DNA of 64,000 nucleotides from Leucoraja erinacea (lineage: Eukaryota): contig NC_073386.1 in NCBI RefSeq assembly GCF_028641065.1, forward strand, positions 16,492,001 to 16,556,000, written 5' to 3'. This document shows positions 1 to 12,620 of this stretch, piece after piece. How positions within the stretch are numbered: the first letter of the stretch is position 1; each line of letters begins with the position of its first letter. Position numbers and translations under genes: made by a program. A model generated the notes under the pieces. The model ran no database searches, was not told where the DNA came from, and worked only from the letters and a program-made list of their open reading frames with translations.

Positions 1-94
1 CTGTTGCATTTATGGTTACTGTTGAAGTGGGGCAACACATTGGAGCAGCAGTAGAGTTTGCTCTCTTTACTACTTTGCAGATTAACTTTAGGAG

Positions 95-776
95 AATCCT
101 GCATTAGCACTCCCAAGTCCCTTTGCACCTCCGATTTCTGGATTCTCACCCCATTTAGAAAATAGTGTACACCTTTATTCCTAATACTAAAATGCATGAC
201 ATCACACTTTGCTACACTATATTCAATCCGCCACTTCTCGGCCCAACCTGTCCTAGTCCTTCTGCAGAGTCCCTGTTTTCTCTACACTACCTGCCCCTCC
301 ACCTATTTTCGTAACATTCTGCTAACTTTGCCACAAAGCCTTCAATCCCCTCATCCAAATCATTAATATACAATGTGAAGAGTAGCGGCCCCAGTACCGA
401 CCCTTGCGGAACTCCACTAGTCACTGGCAGCCAACCAGAAAAAGCCCCCTTTATTGCCACTCTTTGTCTTCTGCCATCCAGCCAACCTGCTGTCTATGCA
501 GGTTTCTGCCATTTGATACTGTGGGCTCTCATCTTCCTAAGCAGCCTAATGTGTGGCACCTTATCAAAGGCTTTCTGAAAAGCTAAGTAAACAACATCTA
601 CTGACTTTCCTTTGTCTGTCCTGCTATTTACTTCTTCAAAGAATTCCAGCAAATTTGTCAAGCAAGACCTCTCCTTCACAAAGCCATGCTGACTTCGGCC
701 TATTTTATCATGAACTTCTCCGTAACCTCATCCTTTATAATGGACTCTAAACTCTTACCAACCACTGAAGTCAGGG
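95..776 (-). mobile_element. CR1-clade LINE reverse transcriptase fragment (decayed)
   Basis: Minus ORF 494-679 RSCLTNLLEFFEEV...VDVVYLAFQKAFDKVPH; antisense of the GVPQGSVLGP motif near 385-425. Confidence 0.9.
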
Positions 777-1034
777 TTGAAGTGCATTCCGTACGAATTG
801 ACAGTTTGGTTAAAGTTCACTGCATTGCTACTTACAGATGGATTAGAGAGAATGTAAATATGGCCTAAATTGGTGCAAGAAGAATTGGGAGGTAACTTGT
901 TTGTACTGATGATCTCAAATGCTACTTTAGCTCCTAAACTGGAAGGTGGTTTCCAACGACAAAGCATGATTCGCAATAAAAGCCAGCGTTACCCAGATAT
1001 GAAAAAAATGATGTGAGAAGCAACAAAATGAAGA

Positions 1035-1160
1035 CGTATGAACTGCAGATGATAGAATTTTAAGCAAAACATCGAGTGCTTGAGGAACTCAATGGGCCAG
1101 GCAACGTCTGTGTGAGGAAATGGACAGGCAACAATTGGGTCGGGACCCTTCTTCAGACAG
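1035..1160 (-). mobile_element. Penelope-like pseudo-LTR fragment
   Basis: aactgcagatg...gacccttcttcaga, the same repeat that follows the GIY-YIG fragments elsewhere; flanked by agaagcaa direct repeat. Confidence 0.7.
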
Positions 1161-2504
1161 AAGCAAACCAGATGCTAAACAGAGTCAGCCATGATCTTTC
1201 TTCAAAGAGGTGAGTTAGCCAATACGGTTGGCAAAACAGTGTCAATGAGGAAAGGTCAAGTATATGATTTTATGTGGACAACCACCATATTGTATTTACA
1301 TAGAAGCAACAATTGAGGAATCTAATTGGTCTTACTAGACCTCACTAAGAATGTAAGATTACACATGGAGTTGTCAAGAAACGAGCAGATGGATGATAGA
1401 ACTTCCGCGATTTTGCGTGTGAGATATTTCACAAACAAACGGAATGCTATAGTCACACCTTGGAACTTCTCCAACTTTCTTTACTCATGCTCACTGCTGT
1501 ATTTATGTTTTATAAGCAAATGGCAACTTTTCAGTCCTTATGAACCAAATTTTTTCTTTAGATAAAAATCTATCATTTTATCAATAATAATAGTCATTGG
1601 CCACCATACTGACAAGCTGTCTTTGATAAAAGAAAACCATCTTTTGATAGCTTCTATATTTTAGGAAGCACTGCAATTTTTCATTGCAGCCAAAAAAATA
1701 ATTTATACTAGAACATGTTAAATCAATTATTCATGTCAAAGTGAAAGGTGCAGTTCAGTCTTCTGGGAGCAAATAGAGCTGCAAACACATATCCACAAGA
1801 CGGGGGAATCATTCCAAAAATTGGCAGATACATTTCAATGCCAATAATTAGATAATAACATATTTTGCTTCACAAAAAGAAATTATTGCATCTAAATTGA
1901 AGCAATCATGAATAAATAAAGCAACCTGACCCCTCGCACATATTTAAAGTAGTTGCAATGTTCAGAATATGGGTGGAGGGGGGGTGAGGTTGGGGTTGGT
2001 GGAGGGGTGAGTAGAATTTCAATTCTTATCCTTTGTGGTATAAAACTCAAGAACTAATGATGATTCTTGCAAAATCTTTATATTATCGGTGACATTTTGG
2101 GTTCGAGAGATGGTACAACATAGATTCTTTAGGGTGCCACTTGCTGCAAAAGAATGAGGAAACGTAAAAAGTTAATTCTGTTATCATTTGAACAAAAGAT
2201 CAAAGGACAAACTAACAGAAATATGACGAGACATTTTGTCAATCTTACGAGTCCACTACAATCCATCTCATTGATATTCTCTAATTGAAGTCTCTTGTGT
2301 ACTTTAGACATCAGCGCAACATCTTTAAGCCTGAGGAAGTTTAACTCACTACAATAACTGAATATAATGCTGATTCATTTCAAGGGTTGGATATTTATTT
2401 TGATGAGAGGAGTTTTGGATAGCAGCTAGATTGGAATTTGGAGGGGCAGAGATGTTAATTGTCATTGAGTGATTCTCTATGTCAATTGACATCCTTTGGC
2501 ACAA

Positions 2505-3320
2505 CCACCTATGCCAATAAAGTCCCATTTGCCAACGTTTGGTCCATATATATCCCCCTAAACCACTTCCTATCAATGTACATGGCTTTCAAATGTACCT
2601 GCCTCAACCACTTCACCTGGCAGCTCGTTTAATATATTCACCACCCTCTGTGTGAAAATGTTGCCCATCAGGTTCCTATTTCTCTCTTTTCCCTCTCACC
2701 TTAAAACTATGCCCTTTAGTTCGTGATTCCTCTATACTGGGAAATGACTGCATTCTCCTTATCTATTCCGCTCATAATTGTATGTACCTCTGTAAGATCA
2801 CCCCTCAGCCTCCTGTGCTGCAAGGATCAAAGTCGTAGCCTGCCTAACCTCCCCATATTAGCTCAGGCCCTTGAGTCCTCGCAACATCCTCTTAAATCTT
2901 CTCTGCACTTTTTCCAGCCCAATAACATCCTTCAATAACAGTAGAGTGGCCAAAACTGAGCACAATATTTCACATGTGGCCTCACCAATCTCTTGTGCAA
3001 CTACAACATAACGTCTCTATTTCTATATTCAATATATCTGACTGATGAAGGCCAGTATGCCAAATGCTGATCAGTCTGAAGAAGGGTTTCGGCCCGAAAC
3101 GTTGCCTATTTCCTTCGCTCCATAGATGCTGCTGCACCCGCTGAGTTTCTCTAGCATTCTTGTGTACCTACCAAATGCCTTCTTCACTACCCCAGTTACC
3201 TCTGAGGGAAGTACATACATGCACTCCTCTAACAACACTCACAAGGGTGCTACCGTTCACTGTGAAGATCTTACTCTAGTTTGACTTCCTAAATACAACT
3301 CCTCACATTTATTTGAATTC
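2505..3320 (-). mobile_element. Old CR1 LINE 3' region
   Basis: Antisense of CR1 ORF2 C-terminus and 3' UTR (accaccctctgtgtgaaaa, agatcacccctcagcctcct); interrupted by a pLTR at 3068-3170. Confidence 0.8.
3068..3170 (+). mobile_element. Penelope pseudo-LTR insertion with hammerhead-like core
   Basis: ctgaaga-a-gggt-ttcg-gccc-gaaacgtt at 3076-3103; 8-bp TSD ccaaatgc (3060-3067, 3171-3178). Confidence 0.8.
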
Positions 3321-3321
3321 A

Positions 3322-3935
3322 TCAACCTTTCACTCCATCAGCCTCCGCATCCAACACATCATTTGTCATTTCCGATGTGATACCACCACATTATGAATGT
3401 GTAATGTTTATTGTCCATTCACAGCTTCTCAAAGAAGCATCTCACAGCACACATCTTTTCATCTCCACCCCTTTCTGCCTTCCTCAGAGACTGCTCCCTC
3501 CGCAACTCCTTGGTCCACTTCCCACCCAAAACACCCCATTCCCAGGATTTTTCCCCTGCAACCACAGATGAAACACTTGCCCTTAAACCTCCTCCCTCGA
3601 CTCCATCTAGGGACCCCGACACACCTTCCAGGTGACACAGTGTTTCACATGCACCTCCTCTAACTTCATCTACTGCATCCAGAGTTACCGTTATAGCCTC
3701 CTGCACAACGGTGGGACCATGCATTGACTCGGCAACTGTTTTGCTGACCACTTGTGTTCAATCCACCAAGGACTACTGGATTTCCCCTTCACACTACTAT
3801 ACTGACCCTTTTGTCCTGGACCTGCTCCATTGTAAGGGTGAGGCCACATCCAAATTGGAGGAACAGCACCTCATTTTTCGCTTTGGTAGCATAGAACCCA
3901 ATGGCATGAATTCTTTAATTTTAGATAACCTCTAC
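3322..3935 (+). mobile_element. Penelope-like element, GIY-YIG endonuclease region (decayed)
   Basis: FTCTSSNFIYCI-like segment and GEATSKLEEQHLIFRFGSIEPNGMN C-terminus. Confidence 0.8.
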
Positions 3936-4214
3936 AAACACTCCCCTTCCCCTTTCTTTTCCCCCATTGCCCCCTCCCCCCCCTTTCATCCGATAAAAGT
4001 CAGTTAACCAGTTCCACATTTTGCAACAAAGTGCGGTGCTGACTCGAAGGGCCGAATTGCCTACTCCTGCGCCTATTGTCTATGTAAAGTTTGAGCAATC
4101 TTTGTTTCAAGTTTCCAAAACATTTTGCAGCCATTGAGGCATTTTTCATATGGAGTCACTACTGTAATATGGGTAAATGTTGTGACATTAATCAACTTTT
4201 CTTTGTAGCCTGTA

Positions 4215-4495
4215 TTTAGACTTCAGGGATACAGGGCGGAAACAGACCTTTGGGCTCACCGAGTCTGCCCTGACCAGCGATCAGCCCTTACGCTAACACT
4301 ATTCTACACATTAGGGGGAATTTTACCAAAGACCTCCACGTCTTTGGAGTGTGGGAGGAAACCGGAACATCCTGAGAAAACCCACTTGGTCGCAGGGAGA
4401 ACGTACAAACTCCGTACAGACAGCACCCAGAGTCAGGATCAAACTCGGGTCTCTGGCACTGTAAGACAGCAACACTACCACTGTGCCGCCACTGT
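4215..4495 (-). mobile_element. tRNA-derived SINE (HE1-like)
   Basis: Antisense tRNA-like head (ggcacagtggtag...gatcctgact), body, and CR1-like tail. Confidence 0.85.
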
Positions 4496-5352
4496 TCAGG
4501 TTATTTGTTTTTCAGTTGTTTCCGATGAGGATATTTTTATTTAACTGGTTGATGCCGGCCCTGATGAGTGCAATCAATTCATTTATCATCTTTTGTTTGC
4601 ATCACAGGTAGCAGCAAGCACTTAAAAGCCATGTCCGTCACTGTGTTCATATGGGCATTTTCATTCTACCTGCATGGTCCCTATCCTGTGGAAAAATATT
4701 TAATTCTCAAGAGTCATGCTGATTTTTGTTTCTTGTTCCACTCATAATGTATGTGTGTCATTGGTGATACTGGACCATGGACTTTATTCTTTCAATGCAG
4801 TCACCCCTTTAAGGGGTAGTTCCTATAATCAACTGCTGCCTAGTTATGCAACAGGTTTGGTGAGGAAAGTTCCAGAAAGAGAGAATGTGAAATAAAGCAT
4901 CTACGAGGATGTTGCCTGACTAAATAATTTCACAAAGAAAATGTATTCATGAAATAGCTTCCAGAGTCAGGCAACATCCTTTTTAATAGTCATAGTTGAC
5001 CAACTATTAATTAACTGACTATTTGATGCAACTTAGAGAACAAATAAGAGAAGTATTGAAACAATTATTTATCCTATTTTGAAGATGTCCATTTGTTGCT
5101 CATTTCTGTGGGGGGAAATTCATAGCTTGTGAATTCTTGGAAGGTTATTAATTGGTTGTTAAATCCTGCAGGTACTGTCCACCACAGCTGACTCATGATG
5201 TGTGCACCCACTGTGCAAATTTGCACAGAGTGAATATAGATTTGTAAAACATGCTAAACAGAGTGAAGGGTGTAATGTTTCACAAGTACCATCCACATTT
5301 AATTTAATTTTTTTGTCACAGTAATAATCATCATATTCAATTATAACATTTA

Positions 5353-5697
5353 GAACATAGAAACATAGAAAATAGGTGCAGGAGTAGGCCATTCGGCCCT
5401 TCAAGCCAACACCGCCATTCAATATGTTCATGGCTGATCATCTAATATCAGAGACCAGTTCCTGCTTTCTCCCAATATCCCTTGATTTTGTTAGCCCTAA
5501 GAGTTATATCGAACTCTCTCTTGAAAACATCCAGTGAATTGGCCCCGACTGCCTTCTGTGGCAGAGAATTCCACACATTCACAACTCTCTGGGTGAAAAG
5601 GTTTTTCCTCATTTCAGTCCCAAATGGCCTATCCCTTATTCTTAAACTGTGACCCCTGGTTTTGGACTCCCCCAACATCGGAACAATTTTTCTGCAC
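5353..5697 (-). mobile_element. CR1 LINE 3' end
   Basis: PMLGESKTRGHSLRIR...FTQRVVNVWNSLPQ; (ATGTTTCT)n tail seen as catagaaa repeats. Confidence 0.9.
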
Positions 5698-6139
5698 AAT
5701 TTGAAATTGTCAGGCTGTTACCCGTGAGGAACTTCATCCAAAAGTGTTCCCACTGTTATGTTTGACGGTACTGTGTCACCAATTGTCCCATTGCCATGGC
5801 AGTCGAGTCATTCCATCACAGCTCGGATTCCTTTAGAAGCATTCTTTTTTATCTTTCATCTGAAATTTTCTCATGGTTAAATTTGACACTTTTTAAAAAC
5901 TGATTTGTATTGACAGTTTCCTGGAATTTCTTTTTACTGGTATACCTGACGTCTGGCATTCTGTCAACTGTAGAGCACCTTAATGACAATGAATGTCACA
6001 ACAATGTGCATATAAATTCACTTTAACAGCTGTATTTAAATCTTAACTAGCTGGTGATAGTTCCTCATGAAGATCCATGGACCTTAACCAGCTGGTGATA
6101 GATTCCCCAGAAGGTGTATCCATTGTATTGATACAATCA

Positions 6140-7060
6140 GATGAAGGAAATCCGAAGGGCAAAAGGGAGGCATGAGAGAGCTCTGGCAATAAGACTAAGG
6201 ACAATCAGAGATTTGGTAAATGGGTAGTTAGTGGGAGAATAGGGTCCCTCAGAAACAAAAGTGGTCATCTATTTATAGGATCACAGGAGATGGGTAAGTG
6301 CCTGAATTAATATTTCTCCTCACAGTTTACTGTGGAGAAAGACATGCAGACTCGGGAGCTTGGGACAGTTAATGGCAGTGCCTTGAAGACAGTCTTATGA
6401 CAGTTGAGGAGATGCTGAACATCCTGTAAAGGCAGGTAAATCTCCTGGGCATGATCAGATATACCCAAAGTCACTATGGGAAGCTAGAAAAAAAAAATGC
6501 ATGAGCCCTGACTGCGATGTATGATTCATCAATAAAACATGAGAGATGTTCAAGAAAATGGGAGGGTGGCTAATATGGTGCCTCCATTTAAAAAAAGGTT
6601 TCAATGAAAGACCTGGGAACTATGGACCAGGAAGCCCTGCATCAGTGATAGGAAAGTTACTGGAGAGGATTCTAAATGATAAGGCATACATGCATTATGT
6701 CATAAGGTCATTTGGAAAGGCTGGTTAATTTAAACATAGTTAGCATGGTTTAGTGCATGGGTGATTGTGCCTCGTGAATTTGATTTGATTTTGGTGAAGT
6801 AACCTCAAAGATTGATGAAGGCAGGACTGTAGTCATAGTCTATCTGCACTTCAGCAAGGTCTTTGATATGCTTCCGCATGGTAATCTGGTCTGGAAGGTT
6901 AGATCAAGTGGGAGCCAGGGAGAGCTAGGTAATTGAATACAGAATTGGCTATATGGTGGAAAGCAGAGGGTGGAAGGTTGTTTTTATGGACTGGATGCCT
7001 GTAACTTGTGGTGTTGGTGCTGGGCCCATTGCTGTTTGTGGTTTATAGCAATGATTTATT
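6140..7060 (+). mobile_element. Old CR1 ORF2 fragment
   Basis: KKG..ERPGNYGP.S.ASVIGKLLERIL; downstream FSKVFD.LPH and GPLLF-like codons. Confidence 0.8.
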
Positions 7061-7207
7061 TGCAATCTTGACCATTGAAAAGACATGCACTATCCTTGTG
7101 ATGACTGCACTGTAGTTTTACAAGAAGCACAGCCTATCAACTAATTTGCCACATGAGTGCAGTCTATTTTGCTCAAGTGAAGCCAATACTTCACTTTTGG
7201 CTTCAAG

Positions 7208-7450
7208 TATTCACTCAGAGAGTGGTGAGTCTCTGGAACTCTCTGCCACAGAAGGTAGTTGAGGCCAATTCATTGGCTATATTTAAGAGGGAGTTAGATG
7301 TGGCCCTTGTGGCAAAAGGGATCAGGGAGTATGGAGAGAAGGCAGGTACAGGATACTGAGTTGGACGATCAGCCATGATCATATTGAATGGCGGTGAAGA
7401 GCCGAATGGCCTACTCCTGCACCTATTTTCTATGTTTCTATGTTTCTATT
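7208..7450 (+). mobile_element. CR1 LINE 3' end
   Basis: FTQRVVSLWNSLPQKVVEANSLAIFKRELD; tail tttctatgtttctatgtttctat. Confidence 0.9.
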
Positions 7451-7639
7451 TCCACTTGGTTCTTTGTTGTCTAATTGATTGACCAATTTTTTTCCCTCGA
7501 CGTAACCACCTGGTTTGGATGGCCCCTACAGAGCTCCTCAACAACTATCAGGAAGGGAGTTGACCAGGCATATCCAAATCATAACAATTCCCAGGCTTTT
7601 CCTGGAATTATGTCAGGAAGTGCAAAAAACAAAAAATGC

Positions 7640-9755
7640 AGATTTGCATTTGAATGGCCCTGGCTCAATGACACTGCCAGAGCCCTAAGAAGAGAGTGCA
7701 GAAAATCAGAACGGGAGTATAAATCTGATAAGCTTCAAATTTCCTTTGAACTTCTGAGAAACAATCTTCTCAAATACCAGGAGCAGTAAAATCTGCGAGA
7801 ACACAATACTTTTCCAACCATATTTCCAAAAATGCCCATAACTCCAAGGTCCTATTTAGTACCATTACCTTTGTCGTATGCCCTGCCCCCAGTACCAGCT
7901 TAGCTGGGTCCCTGCCAAGTGCGAAGAATTTACTACATTTTTCACCAGTAAAGTTGTGAACATCAGAACTAATATTTCCCCTCCCATCCGTGACCTAGCT
8001 GTCTCATTGGTCTGTTCTAAATTAGACTGTTTCCAACCCGTTACTTTATCCTCCCTTGCAAAGCTGGTCTCCATTATGAAACCTGCAACCTGCCCCCTTG
8101 ACATTGCCCCCATTGCCCTTCTGAAGGATGACATTGCAATAGCCGGTCGCAGTTTCCTCTTTATCATCAACAGTTCTCTGGCCACTGACACTGTTCCAAC
8201 CTGTTTCAAGCACGCGGTGGTCCAGCCCCTCCTGAAAAAACCTAACCTAGACCTCACCTTGCCTAGCAACTACAGACCTATTTCCAAACTGCCTTTCCTT
8301 TCAAAAGTCCTTGAAAAGATAATTCTAGACCAACTAATGCCTTATCTACACCAAAATTCCATCCTGGGAAGTTTCCAATCAGGTTTCAGGGCCCACCACA
8401 GCACAGAGTCTGCCTTGTTGAAGGTACACAATGACCTCCTTCTCACCATCGACTCCGGCGACTGTGCAATTCTGCTCCTTCTCGACCTCAGCACAACATT
8501 TGATACAGTGGACCACACCATCCTAATTGACCGTCTCCGGTACGGGGTTGGTATTGATGGCACTGCCCTGAGCTGGTTTGTCTCCTACCTCAAATATAGG
8601 AGTTTCTCTACAAACATAGGTAACTCTTTCTCCTCCCCAGCTAGCCTCTGCTGCGGGGTTCCACAAAGCTCCATCCTAGGCCCCGTTCTCTTCTCTCTGT
8701 ATATGCTCCCCTTAGGCCAAGTCATTCAAAGGCACGGCATTTCTTTCCACTGCTGTGCAGACGATACATAGCTCTATCTCCCCCTGAAACCCAACAACCG
8801 ATCAAATCTACTCAGCCTTATGCACTGCCTCGAAGATATAAAGTGTTCAATGGCCCAGAACTTCCTCCAACTAAACGAGAGCAAGTCTGAGGTCATCCTA
8901 CTCGGCCCCTCGGACTCCATCAAAACGATAGCAGGAAGCCTTGGAAGCCTTACCCCCTTACTCAAACCGCACGCCAAAAACCTTGGCGTGATATATCGCA
9001 TTGAAGTTTGACAAACAAGTCAATGCTGTGGTAAAAGCTAGCTTCTTCCAACTTCGCACGATAGCTAAAATCAAACCACTCCTCTAATTTGACGACCTTG
9101 AAAAGATCATCCACACATTTATCTCCTCCTGCCTTGATTACTGCAACTCCCTTTACACTGGCATCAGCCAATCTTCCATGTCCCACCTGCAATTGGTCCA
9201 AAAACGCTGCAGCGAGACTTCTGATCGGCAACAGAAAAAGGGACCACATCACCCCGATTCTGGCCTCTCTCCACTGGCTCCCTGTGTGGTTCAGAATCAA
9301 TTTCAAGCTCTTCCTTTGGGTATACAAAGCCCTTAACGGGCTTGCTCCCACCTACATAAAAAATCTGCTAACCCACCATTCTACCTCCAAGTCCCTCAGG
9401 TCGGCCGACTTGGGGTTTACTGACCATCCCGCGATCTAGGCATAAGCTCAGGGGCGGCTACGCTTTTGCGTTTGCAGCACCTAGACTGTGGAACTGCATC
9501 CCTCTTCTCATCAGAACTGCCCCCTCCATCGACTCTTTTAAGTCTAGACTTAAAACTTATTACTACTCAGAAGCGTTTGTTGAGGTCCTCTGAGGGAGCT
9601 CTGTATGTATGTATTTATGTACGTATTGTTAGATCTATGTGCCATTGTATGTAGCACGTTAGTACCTGCGTTGATGTAAAGCATTTTGGTCAATGAGAGT
9701 TGTTTTTAAATGTGCTATAGAAATAAAATTGACTTGAATTGACATTGACTTGAAT
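7640..9755 (+). mobile_element. L2-clade LINE, 5'-truncated, with RT domain and 3' tail
   Basis: ORF 7878-8771 NYRPISKLPFLSKVLEK, QSGFRAHHSTESAL, LLDLS..FDTVDH, GVPQ.SILGP, CADDT; HITPILASLHWLPV; tail aaatgtgctatagaaataaa+(ttgac)n. Confidence 0.92.
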
Positions 9756-9789
9756 AATAAACAAAGTAAATACAAAGTTATCGGCAAGC

Positions 9790-9995
9790 CTTAATGGCAA
9801 TTAACACCTCTACTTACTCATGAGACTAAGGAAATTCCACATGTTTCAAATGGCTCATGTCAATTTCTACAGGCACTCTATATGAGGTATCTTATTGGAA
9901 TGCATTACAGCTTGGTTTAGCAAAAGCTTTGCCCAAGACCTCAATGTGTAGAGGGTTCTGGGCACCGCTCAGTACATCATGCAAAGAAGTTCCGC
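9790..9995 (+). mobile_element. Rex1/Babar LINE fragment (decayed)
   Basis: LYLLMRLRKFHM..VNFYR...CITAWFS...RVLGTAQYI-like translation. Confidence 0.6.
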
Positions 9996-10011
9996 CTCAG
10001 GTGAAAATTTA

Positions 10012-11098
10012 AGGCAGCATGGTGGCGCGGCGGTAGAGTTGCTGCCTTGCAGTGCTTGCAACGCCAGAGACTTGGGTTTGATCCTGACTACCGGTGCTGT
10101 TTGTACGGAGATTGTAAGTTCTCCCCGTGAACATGTAGGTTTTCTCCAAGATCTTTGGTTTCCTCCCACACTCCAAAGACGTGCAGGTTCAAGAGTCAAG
10201 AGTCAATTTAATTGTCATTTGGACCCCTGGAGGTCCAAACGAAATGCCGTTTCTGCAGCCATACATTACACACAAATAGACCCCAGACACAACATAATTA
10301 CATTTAACATAAACATCCATCACATAGCTGTGATGGAAGGCCAAATAAACTTATCTCTCCACTGCACTCTCCCCCCCCCCCCGATGTCAAAGTCATAGCC
10401 CCCGGCTGGCAATGGCGATTGTCCCGCGGCCATTGAAGCCACGCCGGGTGGTGCGAGGTCGCACACCGGGTCTTGGTGTTAGAGCCCCCGGTGTGCGCTC
10501 GCAGAGTCCCGCGGCCATTCCAGCCGCGCGGGGCAGTGATGTAGGCCCCGCTCCAGGAGCTCTTCAACCCCGCAACTCGGGCGGGAGAAGTCGCCGTTGC
10601 AGGAGCCCTGAGAAGCGGTCTCCCTCCAGGGAGCGGCAGCAGCAGCGCTCCTCCACCGCTCCACCCGCTCCGGACTCGGCCAGCTCCGCGACGGCAACGG
10701 TGAGTCGGCACCTGAGTCCCCGGCTTCTTCCTGTTGGAGGCCGCTCCTCGTTGCGGCCTCAACGACACCTGAGACCCGACGAGAAAAGGTCGGGTCTCCA
10801 GTGCAGGGAGAGATTCAAAAAGTTCCCCCCCCCCCCCTCCCACCCCACCCCCCCCCCCCCCACACACACACCCCAACATAAAATAACAAAAACTACATAA
10901 AAACACAGACAAAAAAATAATAAAAATGCGGACAGGCTGCGAGGCCGCGTTTGTAGGTTAACTGGATTTATACAAGTGTAAATTGGATTGAAAGTGCGTG
11001 TAGGATAGTTTTAATGTGCGGGGATCGTTGTTTGTTGTGGACTTGGTGGGCCGAAGGGCCTGTTTCCATGCTGTACCTCTAAACTAAACTAAACTAAA
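10012..11098 (+). mobile_element. tRNA SINE split by a GC-rich insertion
   Basis: Head 10012-10189 resumes at gtttgtagg 10949 and ends in an (aaact)n tail. Confidence 0.85.
10190..10948 (-). mobile_element. GC-rich non-autonomous retroelement with Rex1-type tail
   Basis: Interrupts a SINE with a gtt duplication; minus strand ends in stem-loop + TGACAATTAAA + (TTGACTC)n. Confidence 0.75.
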
Positions 11099-11234
11099 TC
11101 TGCCAGGTGAAAATCAAAAAAATAACTGCAGATGCTGAAAATCTGAGTTGTGATGAAGGTTCACCAACCTGAAATAATGGCTCTGTTTCTCTTCTCATGG
11201 ACCTGCTGAATATTTCCAGTGATTCCAGTGCACA

Positions 11235-11570
11235 GAGTAGGTGCAGGCAGGATGTTCTGGATGTCGAGGGAGTTTTGGATCAGGGTCACGGATTAAGGTT
11301 AAGAGTTAAGCTATTTAAGATGGAGATGAGAAGTGATTTCTTCTCACAGTGACCCTGTGGAATTCACTAACTCAGAACATAATTGAAACCAAATCGTTAA
11401 CTATATGGGAAAAAAAGATTAGATATTGTTCTGGGGCAAGAGGGATTAAAGAACATGGAGGGGGAAAAAATTGGAACAGAGTACTGAATTTGGATAATCA
11501 GCTGTGATCGTCTTGAATATTGGAACAGACTTGAATGAAATCCCTCTAGTCTTATTTTCTGTGTTCTTAT
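11235..11570 (+). mobile_element. Old CR1 3' end
   Basis: Degenerate match to younger CR1 tails (gagatgagaagtgatttcttctcacag...gtactgaatttggataatcagc). Confidence 0.65.
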
Positions 11571-12365
11571 TTTTAAACCTATATCCAGTTGAAAATACCA
11601 TAGAATGATTGGTTTAATGCAACTCCTACATCAGCATTCTAACCATATGTTTGGGGTTTTGATTTTTATAAAAAGATATTCTGACAGCCATCCTGTTTCT
11701 AAGCGTTATTTATTGGTGTGCTTTAGTATTTACCAGTCATTGAATTGATTTCTTTCAGATTAAATCTCTCGGGTATCATTATTACTATTTCTGAGCAAAC
11801 AGGGGATGGTGAGATCCATGTTTAACAAATATGGATGCATGTTATCTTGAGATGCGCTATTCTGTGTACACAATAACATCAAACTCTTATTGCACCAAGG
11901 CTAAAGTAATGTCACTGGGTAGAGGTGATGGAAAAAGCACCTGATGTTTCTAGGCAACAGGAGGTTCCAGTGATCGGACTTAATGTCATTGTTTCTTTAT
12001 AAGCATGTTACATTGAAGAACTAAAAATGAAAATTGAAGTCTAAGGTCTAATGTAGGTTAAACACTGAATTTTAACAATTGATAGCCGAGTTATGTGCGA
12101 GTCCTATCAGTTTAGATGATCCATATGGTGGAGAAAAATAGATCTCAGTTTGCCTCAAAAGATGGTTTCTTTACACGATGCAATGAGCAGGAGTGGAAAC
12201 CTAGCACCACCAACAGGACGCATAGCACCACAGCAGGCACATTTGTTAAAGGCAATCATAAGGACAATTCGTGCTTTTAAAATAATATGGGAAAAATGCA
12301 GTGAGTAAGGAACAAGTGACTTCTATATATCCCTAAGATCACCTTAACTGGCTACCGTAAATTAC

Positions 12366-12620
12366 TGGAGGTAGACACAAAATGCTGGAGTAACTCAGCG
12401 AGACAGGCAGCATCTCTGGAGAGAAGGAATGGGTGATGTTTCGGGTTGAGACCCTTCTTCAGACTGATGGGCAGGACAGAGATAGAATGTCCGACTACAT
12501 TCTATCTCGCCCGGTGTCCCGCCCACTCCCCTGACATGAGTCCGAAGAAATGAGTCTCGCTGAGTTACTCCAGCATTTTGTGTCTAGCTTCGATTTAAAA
12601 CCAGCATCTGCAGTTCTTTC
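12366..12620. mobile_element. Foldback of two inverted Penelope pseudo-LTRs
   Basis: gacacaaaatgctggagtaactcagcgagac...gtctcgctgagttactccagcattttgtgtc; TSD ctac(c/t)gtaaattac at 12352-12365 and 12621-12634. Confidence 0.8.

Noticed and set aside
1971-2010. G-quadruplex-prone G-run cluster
   Set aside because: Similar G/C runs are common across the window, with no contextual evidence of function
7878-8771. 297-aa ORF as a host gene
   Set aside because: It is L2 reverse transcriptase, flanked by stops and frameshifts and 5'-truncated
10304-10912. 202-aa and 162-aa ORFs
   Set aside because: Low-complexity frames arising from the GC-rich repeat; no domain motifs and open on both strands
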